Origin: Bacteroidota bacterium
GTDB lineage: Bacteria > Bacteroidota > Ignavibacteria > Kryptoniales > JAKASW01
Length of the DNA stretch: 64,000 nucleotides
Direction of reading: 5' to 3'
NCBI GenBank assembly: GCA_021794075.1
Contig: JAJYRM010000009.1
Location: 2,523-66,522, forward strand
Both the position numbers and the translations under genes were made by a program. Shown in pieces: positions 1-8,968 of this stretch (positions are counted from its first letter, which is position 1; every line of letters begins with the position of its first letter). The notes below the pieces were generated by a model that did no database searches, was not told the origin of the DNA, and was given only the letters and a program-made list of their open reading frames with translations.

Positions 1-2
1 AT

Positions 3-1004
3 AGGCAGGTTTTCAAAAGTGTTAACAGCGGAATCATAGTGATAGACGGGAGGGAGCAAATCCTTGATATGAACCCTGGCGCTGAAAGCATCCTTTCATG
101 CACTTCCGGCTGGGCAGTCGGGAAGAAATTAAAAGATGTGTGCGTCGAATGCGCCGGACTTGCCGACGTTCTGGAGGATCCGGAAGAACGCAAGGAACTC
201 CAGCTTGGGAAAGAGAAGAGAATATATTCCGTCACTCTTTCTCCGATGAATGACTCGAACGGTGAACCGGTAGGAGGCATCCTCGTCCTTTACGACGTCA
301 CTGATTTGCGCAACGCGCTCGACGAGATCGATACGTTTGCCCACTCGGTGGCTCACGATCTAAAAACTCCACTTTCTCTTCTCACCGGTTATTCAGACCT
401 ACTCTCCTCGGATCAACTCACGCCGGAGGAGAGGGACGAGGCTGTAAACGTGATCCGAACTTACTCCGCGAAGATGATAGATATTGTTGACGAGCTGCTG
501 ATACTTGCACGCGTGAGAAGGGAACAGGGTGTCGCCTTCACTTCGATCGACATGGCGAAGATCGTTCGGAGCTCCGTCCTTAGGCTGGAAAGGCTCGCGC
601 AAGAGAAGAAAGGGAAAGTTTATTATCCTGACAATTGGCCCGTCGCGCTCGGCTATGCTCCATGGATTGAAGAAGTCTGGGTGAATTATCTAAGCAATGC
701 GTTGAAGTATGGAGGCCCATCTCCGAATGTTTATCTCGGATGCGATGAAGTCGGTCGCCAGATAAAGTTTTGGGTGAAGGATAACGGACCGGGTCTCAAG
801 GAAGGTGAGCAGCATAAACTCTTTAGAGAATTCTCGCGCCTTTCGAGCGAGGAGAATGAGCCCGGACATGGACTCGGACTTTTCATCGCCGGTAGGATTG
901 TGTCGAAACTTGGAGGGGAAGTAGGAGTTGAGAGTGAGCCGGGAAGCGGAGCGAAGTTCTACTTTACATTACCAAAGGCGTGTGCTTCCTCTGATTTGAG
1001 ATAG
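3..1004 (+). CDS. PAS-domain sensor histidine kinase (5'-truncated by window edge)
   Basis: Frame is open from the window start. PAS-like region, H-box FAHSVAHDLKTPL, N-box NYLSNALKY, G-boxes DNGPG and GHGLGL. Confidence 0.9.
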   Translation, partial: RQVFKSVNSGIIVIDGREQILDMNPGAESILSCTSGWAVGKKLKDVCVECAGLADVLEDPEERKELQLGKEKRIYSVTLSPMNDSNGEPVGGILVLYDVTDLRNALDEIDTFAHSVAHDLKTPLSLLTGYSDLLSSDQLTPEERDEAVNVIRTYSAKMIDIVDELLILARVRREQGVAFTSIDMAKIVRSSVLRLERLAQEKKGKVYYPDNWPVALGYAPWIEEVWVNYLSNALKYGGPSPNVYLGCDEVGRQIKFWVKDNGPGLKEGEQHKLFREFSRLSSEENEPGHGLGLFIAGRIVSKLGGEVGVESEPGSGAKFYFTLPKACASSDLR

Positions 1005-1117
1005 AAGAAAGTCATTCAGGCTGCGATTTTCAGATGCGGTTCCCTTGTCCAGAGTATTATGATTATTGGCGAAATTTCTTTTCCTTGACGCTACAATCGA
1101 TTATATTAATTCGAATT

Positions 1118-1192
1118 CGGGGCGTGGCTCAGCCCGGTTAGAGCGCTTGGTTCGGGACCAAGAGGTCGTGGGTTCGAATCCCACCGCCCCGA
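1118..1192 (+). tRNA. tRNA-Pro (anticodon CGG); CCA not encoded
   Basis: Acceptor stem CGGGGCG/CGCCCCG plus discriminator A, D arm GCTC/GAGC, anticodon arm CTTGG-TTCGGGA-CCAAG, T loop GGTTCGAATCC. Confidence 0.97.
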
Positions 1193-1239
1193 CAAAAGAT
1201 GTTTCGGGTATACATCCTTTCGAGTAAGAAGGCACACCA

Positions 1240-1461
1240 GTGTATCTCAAAATCAAAGTTCATCCGAATTCCAAGGCCGACAAAGTCCTGAGGAAGAGCG
1301 ATGACACATTCGAAATATTCGTTCGCGCCAAGCCAGTGGACGGGAAAGCGAATGAGGCGGTACTAGAACTGGTGAGCGATTATTTGAAGGTACCTCGTTC
1401 GAAGGTTCGGCTCTTACGAGGGGCGAACTCGCGCAACAAGCTGATTGAAACGGTTTCCTAA
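1240..1461 (+). CDS. DUF167 (YggU/UPF0235) family protein
   Basis: 73 aa with VHPNSK, AKPVDGKANEA and GANSRNK motifs typical of DUF167. Confidence 0.9.
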   Translation: MYLKIKVHPNSKADKVLRKSDDTFEIFVRAKPVDGKANEAVLELVSDYLKVPRSKVRLLRGANSRNKLIETVS

Positions 1462-1519
1462 TGATGTTTCTTAGATTCCATGGTACACCGGCGGCTTGAA
1501 GAACAATATAGCCTCCGGT

Positions 1520-1549
1520 TTGTGAATTAAGTCAAGTTCGAACTAAATT
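1520..1549 (+). promoter_or_regulatory. Putative sigma70 promoter, leaderless-type (-10 box 5 nt before GTG)
   Basis: TTGTGA-N18-TAAATT-N5-GTG(1555); no SD sequence. Confidence 0.45.
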
Positions 1550-1554
1550 AGTCT

Positions 1555-2148
1555 GTGAAACAGAGAGCAGCCCTGACGATATCCTACATGTTCATGCCGA
1601 CTTCCTTCGCTCTGGCAACATTTCTTTGCTTAGCATTCATGACAGGTCAAGGCGCGAACACACTCCTGATAGCTACTCTGTCTGTCCTGTTCGGCGCCAT
1701 ACTTCCTCTAGTTTACCTGTTCTATTTGCTCCATAGGGATAAGGTTACGCGTTTGGATGTTCCGCTTCGCGAACAGAGAACAATACCGTATCTGATCTCC
1801 GTATTAATTTACGCGGCCGGCTTCGTGGCCCTCATTTCTGTCGGGGCTTCAGTGCCAGTTTACGCCCTCATGTTTAGTTATGCGACAAGCACGCTGGTTG
1901 TTTCCGCAATCAACACGCGTTGGAAGATAAGCGCGCACGCCATGGGAGCTTCCGGACCGCTGACCGCGCTCGCGATTACCTTCGGCAGGGATATGCTCCC
2001 CTTATTCCTGCTCGTTATTATAGTAGCCTGGGCAAGGATTGAGTTGAAAGCTCATACCAAAGCTCAGGTCACGGCCGGGGCGCTTCTTGGAATTTTCCTT
2101 ACCGGCGTCCAGGTGGAAGCGTTTTATAAGATCGCTGGAGCCCATTGA
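1555..2148 (+). CDS. PAP2-superfamily membrane protein
   Basis: Multiple hydrophobic helices; KISAH and WAR-x4-AHT motifs. Confidence 0.75.
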   Translation: MKQRAALTISYMFMPTSFALATFLCLAFMTGQGANTLLIATLSVLFGAILPLVYLFYLLHRDKVTRLDVPLREQRTIPYLISVLIYAAGFVALISVGASVPVYALMFSYATSTLVVSAINTRWKISAHAMGASGPLTALAITFGRDMLPLFLLVIIVAWARIELKAHTKAQVTAGALLGIFLTGVQVEAFYKIAGAH

Positions 2149-3872
2149 TGGACAAAAAAGAAATTGTCTCGGCGCTTGAAGAGATTTCGTCTCTCCTTGA
2201 ACTGAAGGGAGAGGATAAGTTCAAGATAAGCGCCTATTCCAGGGCGGCGAGATCGATCTCTCAGTCTACTGCAGACGTGGTTACCCTGATAAAGGGAGGC
2301 GAAGCAAAGAAGATTGCAGGAGTCGGTGAGGCGCTCTCAAAGAAGCTGACCGAGCTTGTCGAGACAGGAAAGCTGACCTATCTCGATGAACTGCGCAGCT
2401 CCCTGCCGGAAGGCCTCCCCGAGCTATTCCGGATTCACGGGCTTGGTCCAAACAAAATCAGGACGCTTTACGAACAGCTGGACGTGAAATCAATCGCAGA
2501 ACTTGAATACGCCTGCAAGGAAAACAGGCTCGTTTCGTTGAAGGGGTTCGGACAGAAGACGCAGGATAAGGTGATTGACGAGATCGCACGATTCAAAGTG
2601 AATAGCGAGTATAGGCTGCTCGACGTCATCCATGAGACCGCCGTTTCTATCTCTGCGCTGCTTGAAAAAGTGTCAGGTGTCGAACGTTATGAATTCACAG
2701 GAAGTTATCGCCGGCGGCGTGAGGTAATTCACGATATCGACTGCGTTATAAAGTTCAAATCAGGAGAGAGGGACAAGCTTTTCGCGGCGCTCGGAAAGCT
2801 GAAGGGGGTCAAGGAAATTAAGGAGACGCAGAACGACCTTGTCTCGGTGATCTGGGAAAATGGGGTACCGGTCGAATTCATTATCGTCAACAAGTCGGAA
2901 TATCCGTTGGCGGTGCTCCACTCGAGCGGGAGCAAGGAATTCTTCGCTCGTCTAAAAGAGTACGCGTCGACTCGCGGCTACACGCTCGCAATGCGGGAGA
3001 TGAAGCGCGGACGCGACAAGATCAGTTTCGATTCTGAGGAGGAGATATTCGGTGAACTCGGGCTGCAGTACATACCGCCTGAGCTCCGCGAGGATGGGGA
3101 CGCAGTCGTTGCGGCGGCCAAGGGGAATATCCCCGAACTCGTCACAGAGGAGGATATCCAGGGAATATTTCACGTCCATACGAACTGGAGCGACGGAGCA
3201 GAGCCCCTCGATCAGATGATAGCGGCGGCCCGTAAGCTTGGCCTCCGCTATTTCGGACTTAGCGATCACAGCAAGAGCGCTTTTTACGCGAATGGTCTCG
3301 ATGAAAAAAGACTCAAGGAGCAGGGCAAGCTTGTCGATGAAACCAATAAAGCTATGAGCGATTTTTTCGTCTTCAAAGGTAGCGAAGTTGATATACTGGC
3401 CGATGGGAAACTTGACTTCAGCGACGCCGTTCTCAAAACACTTGACTTCAGCGTGGGGTCGGTCCACAGCAAGCTCGGCATGAAGAAGGACGAAGCAACT
3501 AAACGTCTGACCGCCGCGTTGAAGAATCCGTATATGACCTTCCTCGGACATATGACAGGCCGGCTTCTCCTCGGGCGGAGCGGGTATGAGCTTGATGTGG
3601 ATGAGATAATTAAGACCGCCGCTCGGAACAAGAAGATAATCGAGATAAATGCGAATCCGCATCGACTCGACATGGATTGGAGACTTATCAGGAAGGCTAA
3701 AGAAGCAGGCATAAGATTCTCAATCAATCCAGATGCTCATTCGAAGGAAGGGCTGGCTGATTACAAGTATGGTGTCTCTATCGCGCGTAAGGGGTGGCTG
3801 ACGAAAGATGATTTGCTAAACACGATGAATGTCGAAGAGGTAACGAAGTTCCTGAAGAATGCCAAAGGTTAA
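2145..3872 (+). CDS. polX: DNA polymerase X family / PHP 3'-5' exonuclease
   Basis: N-terminal HhH domains, GSYRR...DID palm motif, YIPPELRE, and PHP motifs HVHT, SDHS, GSEVDI, NPDAH. Confidence 0.93.
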   Translation: MMDKKEIVSALEEISSLLELKGEDKFKISAYSRAARSISQSTADVVTLIKGGEAKKIAGVGEALSKKLTELVETGKLTYLDELRSSLPEGLPELFRIHGLGPNKIRTLYEQLDVKSIAELEYACKENRLVSLKGFGQKTQDKVIDEIARFKVNSEYRLLDVIHETAVSISALLEKVSGVERYEFTGSYRRRREVIHDIDCVIKFKSGERDKLFAALGKLKGVKEIKETQNDLVSVIWENGVPVEFIIVNKSEYPLAVLHSSGSKEFFARLKEYASTRGYTLAMREMKRGRDKISFDSEEEIFGELGLQYIPPELREDGDAVVAAAKGNIPELVTEEDIQGIFHVHTNWSDGAEPLDQMIAAARKLGLRYFGLSDHSKSAFYANGLDEKRLKEQGKLVDETNKAMSDFFVFKGSEVDILADGKLDFSDAVLKTLDFSVGSVHSKLGMKKDEATKRLTAALKNPYMTFLGHMTGRLLLGRSGYELDVDEIIKTAARNKKIIEINANPHRLDMDWRLIRKAKEAGIRFSINPDAHSKEGLADYKYGVSIARKGWLTKDDLLNTMNVEEVTKFLKNAKG

Positions 3873-4146
3873 ATTTGTCCCGCTCAATAGGGTTGTCGAG
3901 ATCAAGAACGGAGAAACGCTTTTCAAAGCCGCGCGCGTGAACGGAATTCCGCTGGGCAGCTCGTGCAGGGGAGATTGCGTCTGCGGTTGGTGCAAGGTGG
4001 AAATAGTCGAGGGGATGGAAAATCTCTCACAACCCGAAGAATGCGAGAAGAAATTGATGAAGAGCGGTAATTATGAAACGCACGAAAGAGTCGCGTGCAG
4101 CACGCGCGTCTTCGGGGATGTAAGCATCTCGACAGGTTATTGGTAA
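3859..4146 (+). CDS. 2Fe-2S ferredoxin (plant/adrenodoxin type)
   Basis: C-x5-C-x2-C (SCRGDCVCGWC) and a distal RVAC. Confidence 0.88.
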   Translation: MPKVKFVPLNRVVEIKNGETLFKAARVNGIPLGSSCRGDCVCGWCKVEIVEGMENLSQPEECEKKLMKSGNYETHERVACSTRVFGDVSISTGYW

Positions 4147-4179
4147 GAGTGAGAGTTTTTAGGTCGTAAATTCTCATTC
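4147..4179 (+). terminator. Stem-loop directly after the ferredoxin stop codon
   Basis: GAGTGAGAGTTT / AAATTCTCATTC 12-bp stem with two G-U pairs; no U tract. Confidence 0.35.
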
Positions 4180-4291
4180 GGAAAATAACTGCGGTGAAGA
4201 CTTAAGGTGGAAAGAGCTCTAACAAAGGAACGCCGTTTGAGCAGAAATAGCCAATTCAAGAACTAAAGATCAGGAATGAGAATCCGTTGAG

Positions 4292-4672
4292 ATGAGATAC
4301 GTCAGACATATTTTCATATGCACCAACAAACGGAAAGAAGACGATCCCAAAGGGTCGTGCGCGCAGAAGGGAAGCGAAGAAATTAGGGATTTGTTCAAGA
4401 AGGAGCTTCACGCTCGCGGACTCAAAACGAAAGTGAGGGCGAACAAAGCCGGCTGCCTCGATGTGTGCGAATATGGGCCGAATGTCGTCATTTATCCGGA
4501 AGGTGTCTGGTACAGCCACGTGAAGAGCGACGATGTTGTCGAAATAATTGAAAAGCATATAGTTAATGGTGAAGTGGTCGAGCGGCTGCTGCTGAATGAT
4601 CCAAGGTACAGGCCCGATACGATGCGTTACCCGGCGCTTGAAAGAGGAAACTCAAAGAGCAGCGAAGGGTGA
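4292..4672 (+). CDS. Thioredoxin-like [2Fe-2S] ferredoxin
   Basis: HIFICTN...SC...GCLDVCEYGPNVVIYPEGVWY signature. Confidence 0.92.
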   Translation: MRYVRHIFICTNKRKEDDPKGSCAQKGSEEIRDLFKKELHARGLKTKVRANKAGCLDVCEYGPNVVIYPEGVWYSHVKSDDVVEIIEKHIVNGEVVERLLLNDPRYRPDTMRYPALERGNSKSSEG

Positions 4673-4804
4673 GCGCGGCGCGCTTTCATTTGTCGCGCGA
4701 CAGGAGAAAACCACGGGAGGACGATCTTGATAAAGGGGCCATTACTTTTGAGATGAAATCAACACGGATGTTGTCGCTTATCTCGTCGTGCGTTGACGTT
4801 CTGT

Positions 4805-4833
4805 TTGCCAAAGCACTGGGCGTTAGCTAAATT
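4805..4833 (+). promoter_or_regulatory. Putative sigma70 promoter of the nth-mqnD operon
   Basis: TTGCCA-N17-TAAATT. Confidence 0.5.
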
Positions 4834-4859
4834 GGCATACACAAACGCTATCTGAAAAG

Positions 4860-5576
4860 TTGAAGACCGTAAGATCTACCCACAGAAGAAACGGAAACAC
4901 TGTGATTGCGGCTGAGAAGGCGCGCGCGAGTAAGGTTTATGCTTTGCTGGTCCGTGAATATCCAGGAGTAAAACCCGCTCTGAATTTCAGCAGTCCTTTT
5001 GAACTTCTGGTGGCGACGATTTTGTCCGCGCAATGTACAGACGCGCGGGTCAACATGATTACCCCCGGTCTCATCAGAAAATATCCGGCGCCTGCCAGTT
5101 TTATGTCAGCGGACCCGGATGAGCTTGAGAAGGATGTGAAGTCTACCGGCTTTTACCGACAGAAAACGAAGGCTCTGATAAGTTCGAGCCGTTCGCTGGT
5201 CGAAAAGTTCGGCGGAGAAGTGCCTCATACTATGGATGAGCTACTCACACTCGACGGCGTTGGGCGCAAAACAGCCAACGTTCTTCTCGGTAATGCTTTC
5301 GGTATTCCGGGAATAGCGGTGGATACTCACGTGAGCAGACTGGCCCAGCGTCTCGGATTCACCGATGAAAGCGATCCGGGAAAAATTGAGTACGCGCTTT
5401 CGGAGCTCTTCCCAAAGGAAAACTGGACAAACTTATGTCATTTGTTGATGGCGCACGGAAGAAAGGTGTGCGCGGCCAGGCTCCCAAAATGCGAAGTTTG
5501 CGTTGTAAACGATTTGTGCCCTTCGGCATTCAACGTGTCTGCAAAGGGAAAACCGAAAAAGAAGAAAGGAACTTAG
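4860..5576 (+). CDS. nth: Endonuclease III
   Basis: LSAQCTD, HhH GVGRKTANV, VDTHV and the 4Fe-4S motif C-x6-C-x2-C-x5-C. Exact start uncertain. Confidence 0.95.
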   Translation: MKTVRSTHRRNGNTVIAAEKARASKVYALLVREYPGVKPALNFSSPFELLVATILSAQCTDARVNMITPGLIRKYPAPASFMSADPDELEKDVKSTGFYRQKTKALISSSRSLVEKFGGEVPHTMDELLTLDGVGRKTANVLLGNAFGIPGIAVDTHVSRLAQRLGFTDESDPGKIEYALSELFPKENWTNLCHLLMAHGRKVCAARLPKCEVCVVNDLCPSAFNVSAKGKPKKKKGT

Positions 5577-5577
5577 T

Positions 5578-6420
5578 TTGAAAATAAGAGTTGCACACAG
5601 TCCCGATTCAGACGATGCTTTCATGTTTTATGCTCTTGCGAACAACAAGTTCGACACAGGCAATCTGGAATTTGAAAATATCCTCAGCGATATAGAGACG
5701 CTCAACCAAAAGGCGATGAATGGAGAGTACGAAGTAAGCGCGGTCTCAATTCACGCCTATCCCTACATCTCGGACAAATATCAGATGCTAAGCAGCGGCG
5801 CGAGCATGGGTGACGGATACGGGCCGATGCTTGTCAGCACGAAACCTTATAAAGTCGAGGACATCAACAAGCTCAAGATCGCGATCCCCGGGAAAAGGAC
5901 ATCCGCATTCCTGGCCCTTAGCATCTTCGCGGGAACATTTGAGTACGAGGCTGTACCATTCGACCAGATCATTGAAAAAGTCGTTGCCGGCGAATTCGAG
6001 GCTGGCCTTATTATTCATGAGGGCCAACTCACGTACGGAAAAAGCGGGCTTCACAACATTATCGATCTCGGAGCCTGGTTCAAAGGGAAATTCAAATTGC
6101 CCCTTCCCCTGGGCGGAAATGTTATTCGGCGCGACTTGCCGGAAGACGTAAAGAGGAAGGCGGCTTACTTTCTCAGGAAAAGCATTGCCTACTCGCTGGA
6201 TAACCGAAAGCAGGCGCTCGATTACGCTCTCGGCTTCGCCAGGGGCATGAACACAAACCTTGCGGACAAGTTTGTGGGAATGTACGTGAACGACTGGACA
6301 CTCGACTACGGCGAGAAAGGGAAGGAGGCAATTCAGCTTTTCCTGGATATGGCGTATGAGCGCTCACTCCTCCCAGCGAGATGTGTCGCCGAGTTTATCG
6401 ACACGCCGGAGAAACTCTAA
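5578..6420 (+). CDS. mqnD: 1,4-dihydroxy-6-naphthoate synthase (futalosine menaquinone pathway)
   Basis: AHSPDSDDAFMFY, GDGYGP, IIHEGQLTY, PLPLGGN and MYVN motifs. Confidence 0.92.
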   Translation: MKIRVAHSPDSDDAFMFYALANNKFDTGNLEFENILSDIETLNQKAMNGEYEVSAVSIHAYPYISDKYQMLSSGASMGDGYGPMLVSTKPYKVEDINKLKIAIPGKRTSAFLALSIFAGTFEYEAVPFDQIIEKVVAGEFEAGLIIHEGQLTYGKSGLHNIIDLGAWFKGKFKLPLPLGGNVIRRDLPEDVKRKAAYFLRKSIAYSLDNRKQALDYALGFARGMNTNLADKFVGMYVNDWTLDYGEKGKEAIQLFLDMAYERSLLPARCVAEFIDTPEKL

Positions 6421-6427
6421 GTCCGAC

Positions 6428-7078
6428 ATGGAATCGCACCAGACGACAACTCTGTCGTTCCCCGAAGATATCAGCGAGAACGTCCGGATGACCACTGGGG
6501 CGCGAGTCGCGCTCTTCATCATGATCGTCGGCGGGATTCTCTATCTTGGTGGATCGGCTGCGAGAGCGATCATCGGGAACGACCTTGTCGAAATAGGGAC
6601 GCTGCGGTTCAGGAGGGATATCCCATTCGATGCGGAGAAAGAAATTTATAATCTCCTGGCGCAGACTTCTCTCCTTATTGTCTTCGGTTACTTTCTGGCC
6701 CTGGTCGGTTTCGTCACTTTCCTTTTTAAGTCCAGAATTAGGATGAAGACCCATCCGAATATCATGATGGCTGTAATCCTGTTCTCCATGTTCATACCGG
6801 TCGAGTTCTACACGTCGTATCTTGACTTGAAGTTTTTCGTGTCGTTCATTGACTTTCAACTACAATTATTCCTTGGGGCGGATCCCGGACCCTTGAGGAA
6901 CGAGATGCGCAGGCTATTCGTGGAACGCGTCAGCGGGCTCGGAGGACTGTCCGTTATTGCGATTCTTTCGTACTACAGCGCGATTGGCGCAATCGTGTTC
7001 CGCCCCATCAAACGCAAGAAGACAGAAGAGATATCAGAAGAAAATGCCGAAGCTGAAGACAGAAGCACTGATAGCTGA
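6428..7078 (+). CDS. Hypothetical membrane protein (about 4 TM)
   Basis: ATG 7 nt after the mqnD stop; four hydrophobic segments; sits within the operon. Confidence 0.7.
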   Translation: MESHQTTTLSFPEDISENVRMTTGARVALFIMIVGGILYLGGSAARAIIGNDLVEIGTLRFRRDIPFDAEKEIYNLLAQTSLLIVFGYFLALVGFVTFLFKSRIRMKTHPNIMMAVILFSMFIPVEFYTSYLDLKFFVSFIDFQLQLFLGADPGPLRNEMRRLFVERVSGLGGLSVIAILSYYSAIGAIVFRPIKRKKTEEISEENAEAEDRSTDS

Positions 7079-7394
7079 GCTTGAAGAGGCCGCGTCCCAA
7101 CTCGGGCTCAAAGTGATATATGAGAAGGGAGACTTCGGCGGAGGATATTGCATCCTCAAAGAAGAGAAGTTGATCGTGGTTAACAAACGTTTCGACCAAA
7201 AGCACCGCGCTTCAACTCTCGCGAGAAGCCTTTCCGAAGTAGGTATTGAGAACCTCTTCCTCAAGCCGGCAGTAAGAAGCTATATTGAGGAACAAACCGA
7301 GGCAGAAAACAATGATCCCTCGAAAGGGACGGAGACAAACGATGAAACTACTGGTAGCGAACGGTCCGAATCTCAATCTGACGGGAACTCGTGA
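7044..7394 (+). CDS. Hypothetical protein, ImmA/IrrE-like fold with degenerate HExxH
   Basis: MPKLK start; V-x-YEKGDF-x-GGYC-x-L...IVVNK...TLARSL; overlaps both neighbours. Confidence 0.7.
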   Translation: MPKLKTEALIAELEEAASQLGLKVIYEKGDFGGGYCILKEEKLIVVNKRFDQKHRASTLARSLSEVGIENLFLKPAVRSYIEEQTEAENNDPSKGTETNDETTGSERSESQSDGNS

Positions 7395-7770
7395 GCCGCA
7401 AGTCTACGGCGGCGACACTCTCGCGATAATCAATTCACAGTTGAAGAGTCGCTTCCCGGATGTTACCTTCGAGTTTTTTCAGACAAACGGGGAGGGCGAC
7501 CTCATAGATAAGATGCAGGTAGTTGATAAGGAACGTTTCGACGGAGTCGTGTTGAATGCCGGCGCATTGACTCATTACAGCTACTCGCTCCGGGATGCCA
7601 TCGCATCGATAAATACGCCGGTTGTAGAAGTGCACATGTCTCAGGTTTTCGCGCGTGAGGAGTTTAGGAAGACGAGTGTCATTTCGGAAGTTTGCAAAGG
7701 CACCATAACCGGCTTTGGGAAATTTTCTTACTTCGCCGCCGTTTTCACTTTTCTCGAGAAGGCCAAGTAA
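7342..7770 (+). CDS. aroQ: Type II 3-dehydroquinate dehydratase
   Basis: NGPNLNL-x-G-x-REP-x2-YG, NAGALTHYS, VEVHMS, REEFR. Confidence 0.95.
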   Translation: MKLLVANGPNLNLTGTREPQVYGGDTLAIINSQLKSRFPDVTFEFFQTNGEGDLIDKMQVVDKERFDGVVLNAGALTHYSYSLRDAIASINTPVVEVHMSQVFAREEFRKTSVISEVCKGTITGFGKFSYFAAVFTFLEKAK

Positions 7771-8456
7771 TGATAAAAGCGGTAATCTTCGATCTCGACA
7801 ACACCCTCGTCGATTTCATGAAGATGAAGGCTGAGGCGATCGATGCGGCAATCAGAGCCATGCTCGACGCAGGTCTTGAACTCTCGCATGACGAGGTTAA
7901 GAACCGCATCGACGCCATCTACAAGGAAAAGGGAATAGAGTTCCAATATGTTTTCGATTCCCTCCTATCCGATATTTTCGATAAGGTCAATCATAAGATC
8001 CTTGCCGCTGGCGTTGTCGCCTACAGACGCGCGCGCGAGGCGGCGCTTGTCCCATATCCCCACGTTTACATTACTCTGTACGAGCTCCTAAAGATGGGGA
8101 TGAAACTAGCGGTGGTTTCTGACGCGCCCACTAAGGAAGCATGGCTCCGTCTCACGTATCTCAACATGCATCATATCTTCGATGTCGTAGTGACGTTTGA
8201 AGACACGAGCGAACGAAAGCCGCATCCGGCTCCGTTTACTCTCGCGCTTAACAGGCTCGGCGTCAGACCGGACGAGGCGCTGATGGTTGGCGATTGGGCA
8301 GAGCGCGATATAATTGGGGCAAAGCAGGTTGGAATGAAGACAGTTTTCGCAAAATACGGCGACACTTTTCAGACCGCAACCTCCGGCGGGGATTATGAGG
8401 CTAATGATATTCAGGAGCTTGTTGACATCGTTAGAAAAGAAAACGCCAATGGTTGA
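7770..8456 (+). CDS. HAD-superfamily hydrolase (TIGR02253-like)
   Basis: FDLDNTL, KPHP, MVGD-x4-D; TAATG coupling to aroQ. Confidence 0.9.
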   Translation: MIKAVIFDLDNTLVDFMKMKAEAIDAAIRAMLDAGLELSHDEVKNRIDAIYKEKGIEFQYVFDSLLSDIFDKVNHKILAAGVVAYRRAREAALVPYPHVYITLYELLKMGMKLAVVSDAPTKEAWLRLTYLNMHHIFDVVVTFEDTSERKPHPAPFTLALNRLGVRPDEALMVGDWAERDIIGAKQVGMKTVFAKYGDTFQTATSGGDYEANDIQELVDIVRKENANG

Positions 8457-8817
8457 AGGCGTCGGGATAGACATAGCAGAAGTCAGCAGAATAAGGAAGA
8501 GCATTGAGGATTACGGGGAGCTCTTCACGGGCAAAGTGTTCACCGAAGCCGAGAAGGCGTATTGTGTCGAAAAACCGTCGCCGTACCAGCACTTCGCGGC
8601 AAGATTTGCCGCAAAGGAGGCGTTCAGCAAAGCCACCGGGACCGGCTGGGATGACAATTTCTCCTGGCAGGAGGTTGAGGTGATCAACGAGGCAAGCGGG
8701 AAACCGGTTCTGAGGCTCAGCGGGCTGACTCTTCGCACTTTTGGGCATAAAAGAATATTCCTTTCGCTTTCTCATTCAGGCGATTACGTCACCGCTGTCG
8801 TGGTAATCGAGGGCTGA
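8449..8817 (+). CDS. acpS: Holo-[acyl-carrier-protein] synthase
   Basis: GVGIDI, ARFAAKEAFSKA, GKP, SLSHS. Confidence 0.95.
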   Translation: MVEGVGIDIAEVSRIRKSIEDYGELFTGKVFTEAEKAYCVEKPSPYQHFAARFAAKEAFSKATGTGWDDNFSWQEVEVINEASGKPVLRLSGLTLRTFGHKRIFLSLSHSGDYVTAVVVIEG

Positions 8818-8819
8818 TT

Positions 8820-8844
8820 TAAACCGTTTTTGAAAAAATGCGTC
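8820..8844 (+). promoter_or_regulatory. Putative ECF-sigma autoregulatory promoter
   Basis: tAAAC-N16-CGTC upstream of the ECF sigma gene; the same motif recurs at 60561 and 19225. Confidence 0.55.
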
Positions 8845-8968
8845 TTAGAATCGGACAATTTTTCAGTGAATGCGGTGAATGAACTACCATTATTTGTACG
8901 AGAGAATATTGCAGAGCTTGGAAAACTTCCTGACGATGTTTCGCAGCAGATCAACCAGAGCCCTTTGA

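Noticed and set aside
1085-1107. TTGACG...TATATT as the tRNA promoter
   Set aside because: The spacing is only 11 nt, too short for sigma70.
1118-1240. tRNA-Pro as the integration site of an island
   Set aside because: No integrase nearby, no duplicated tRNA 3' end noticed, and downstream genes are ordinary.
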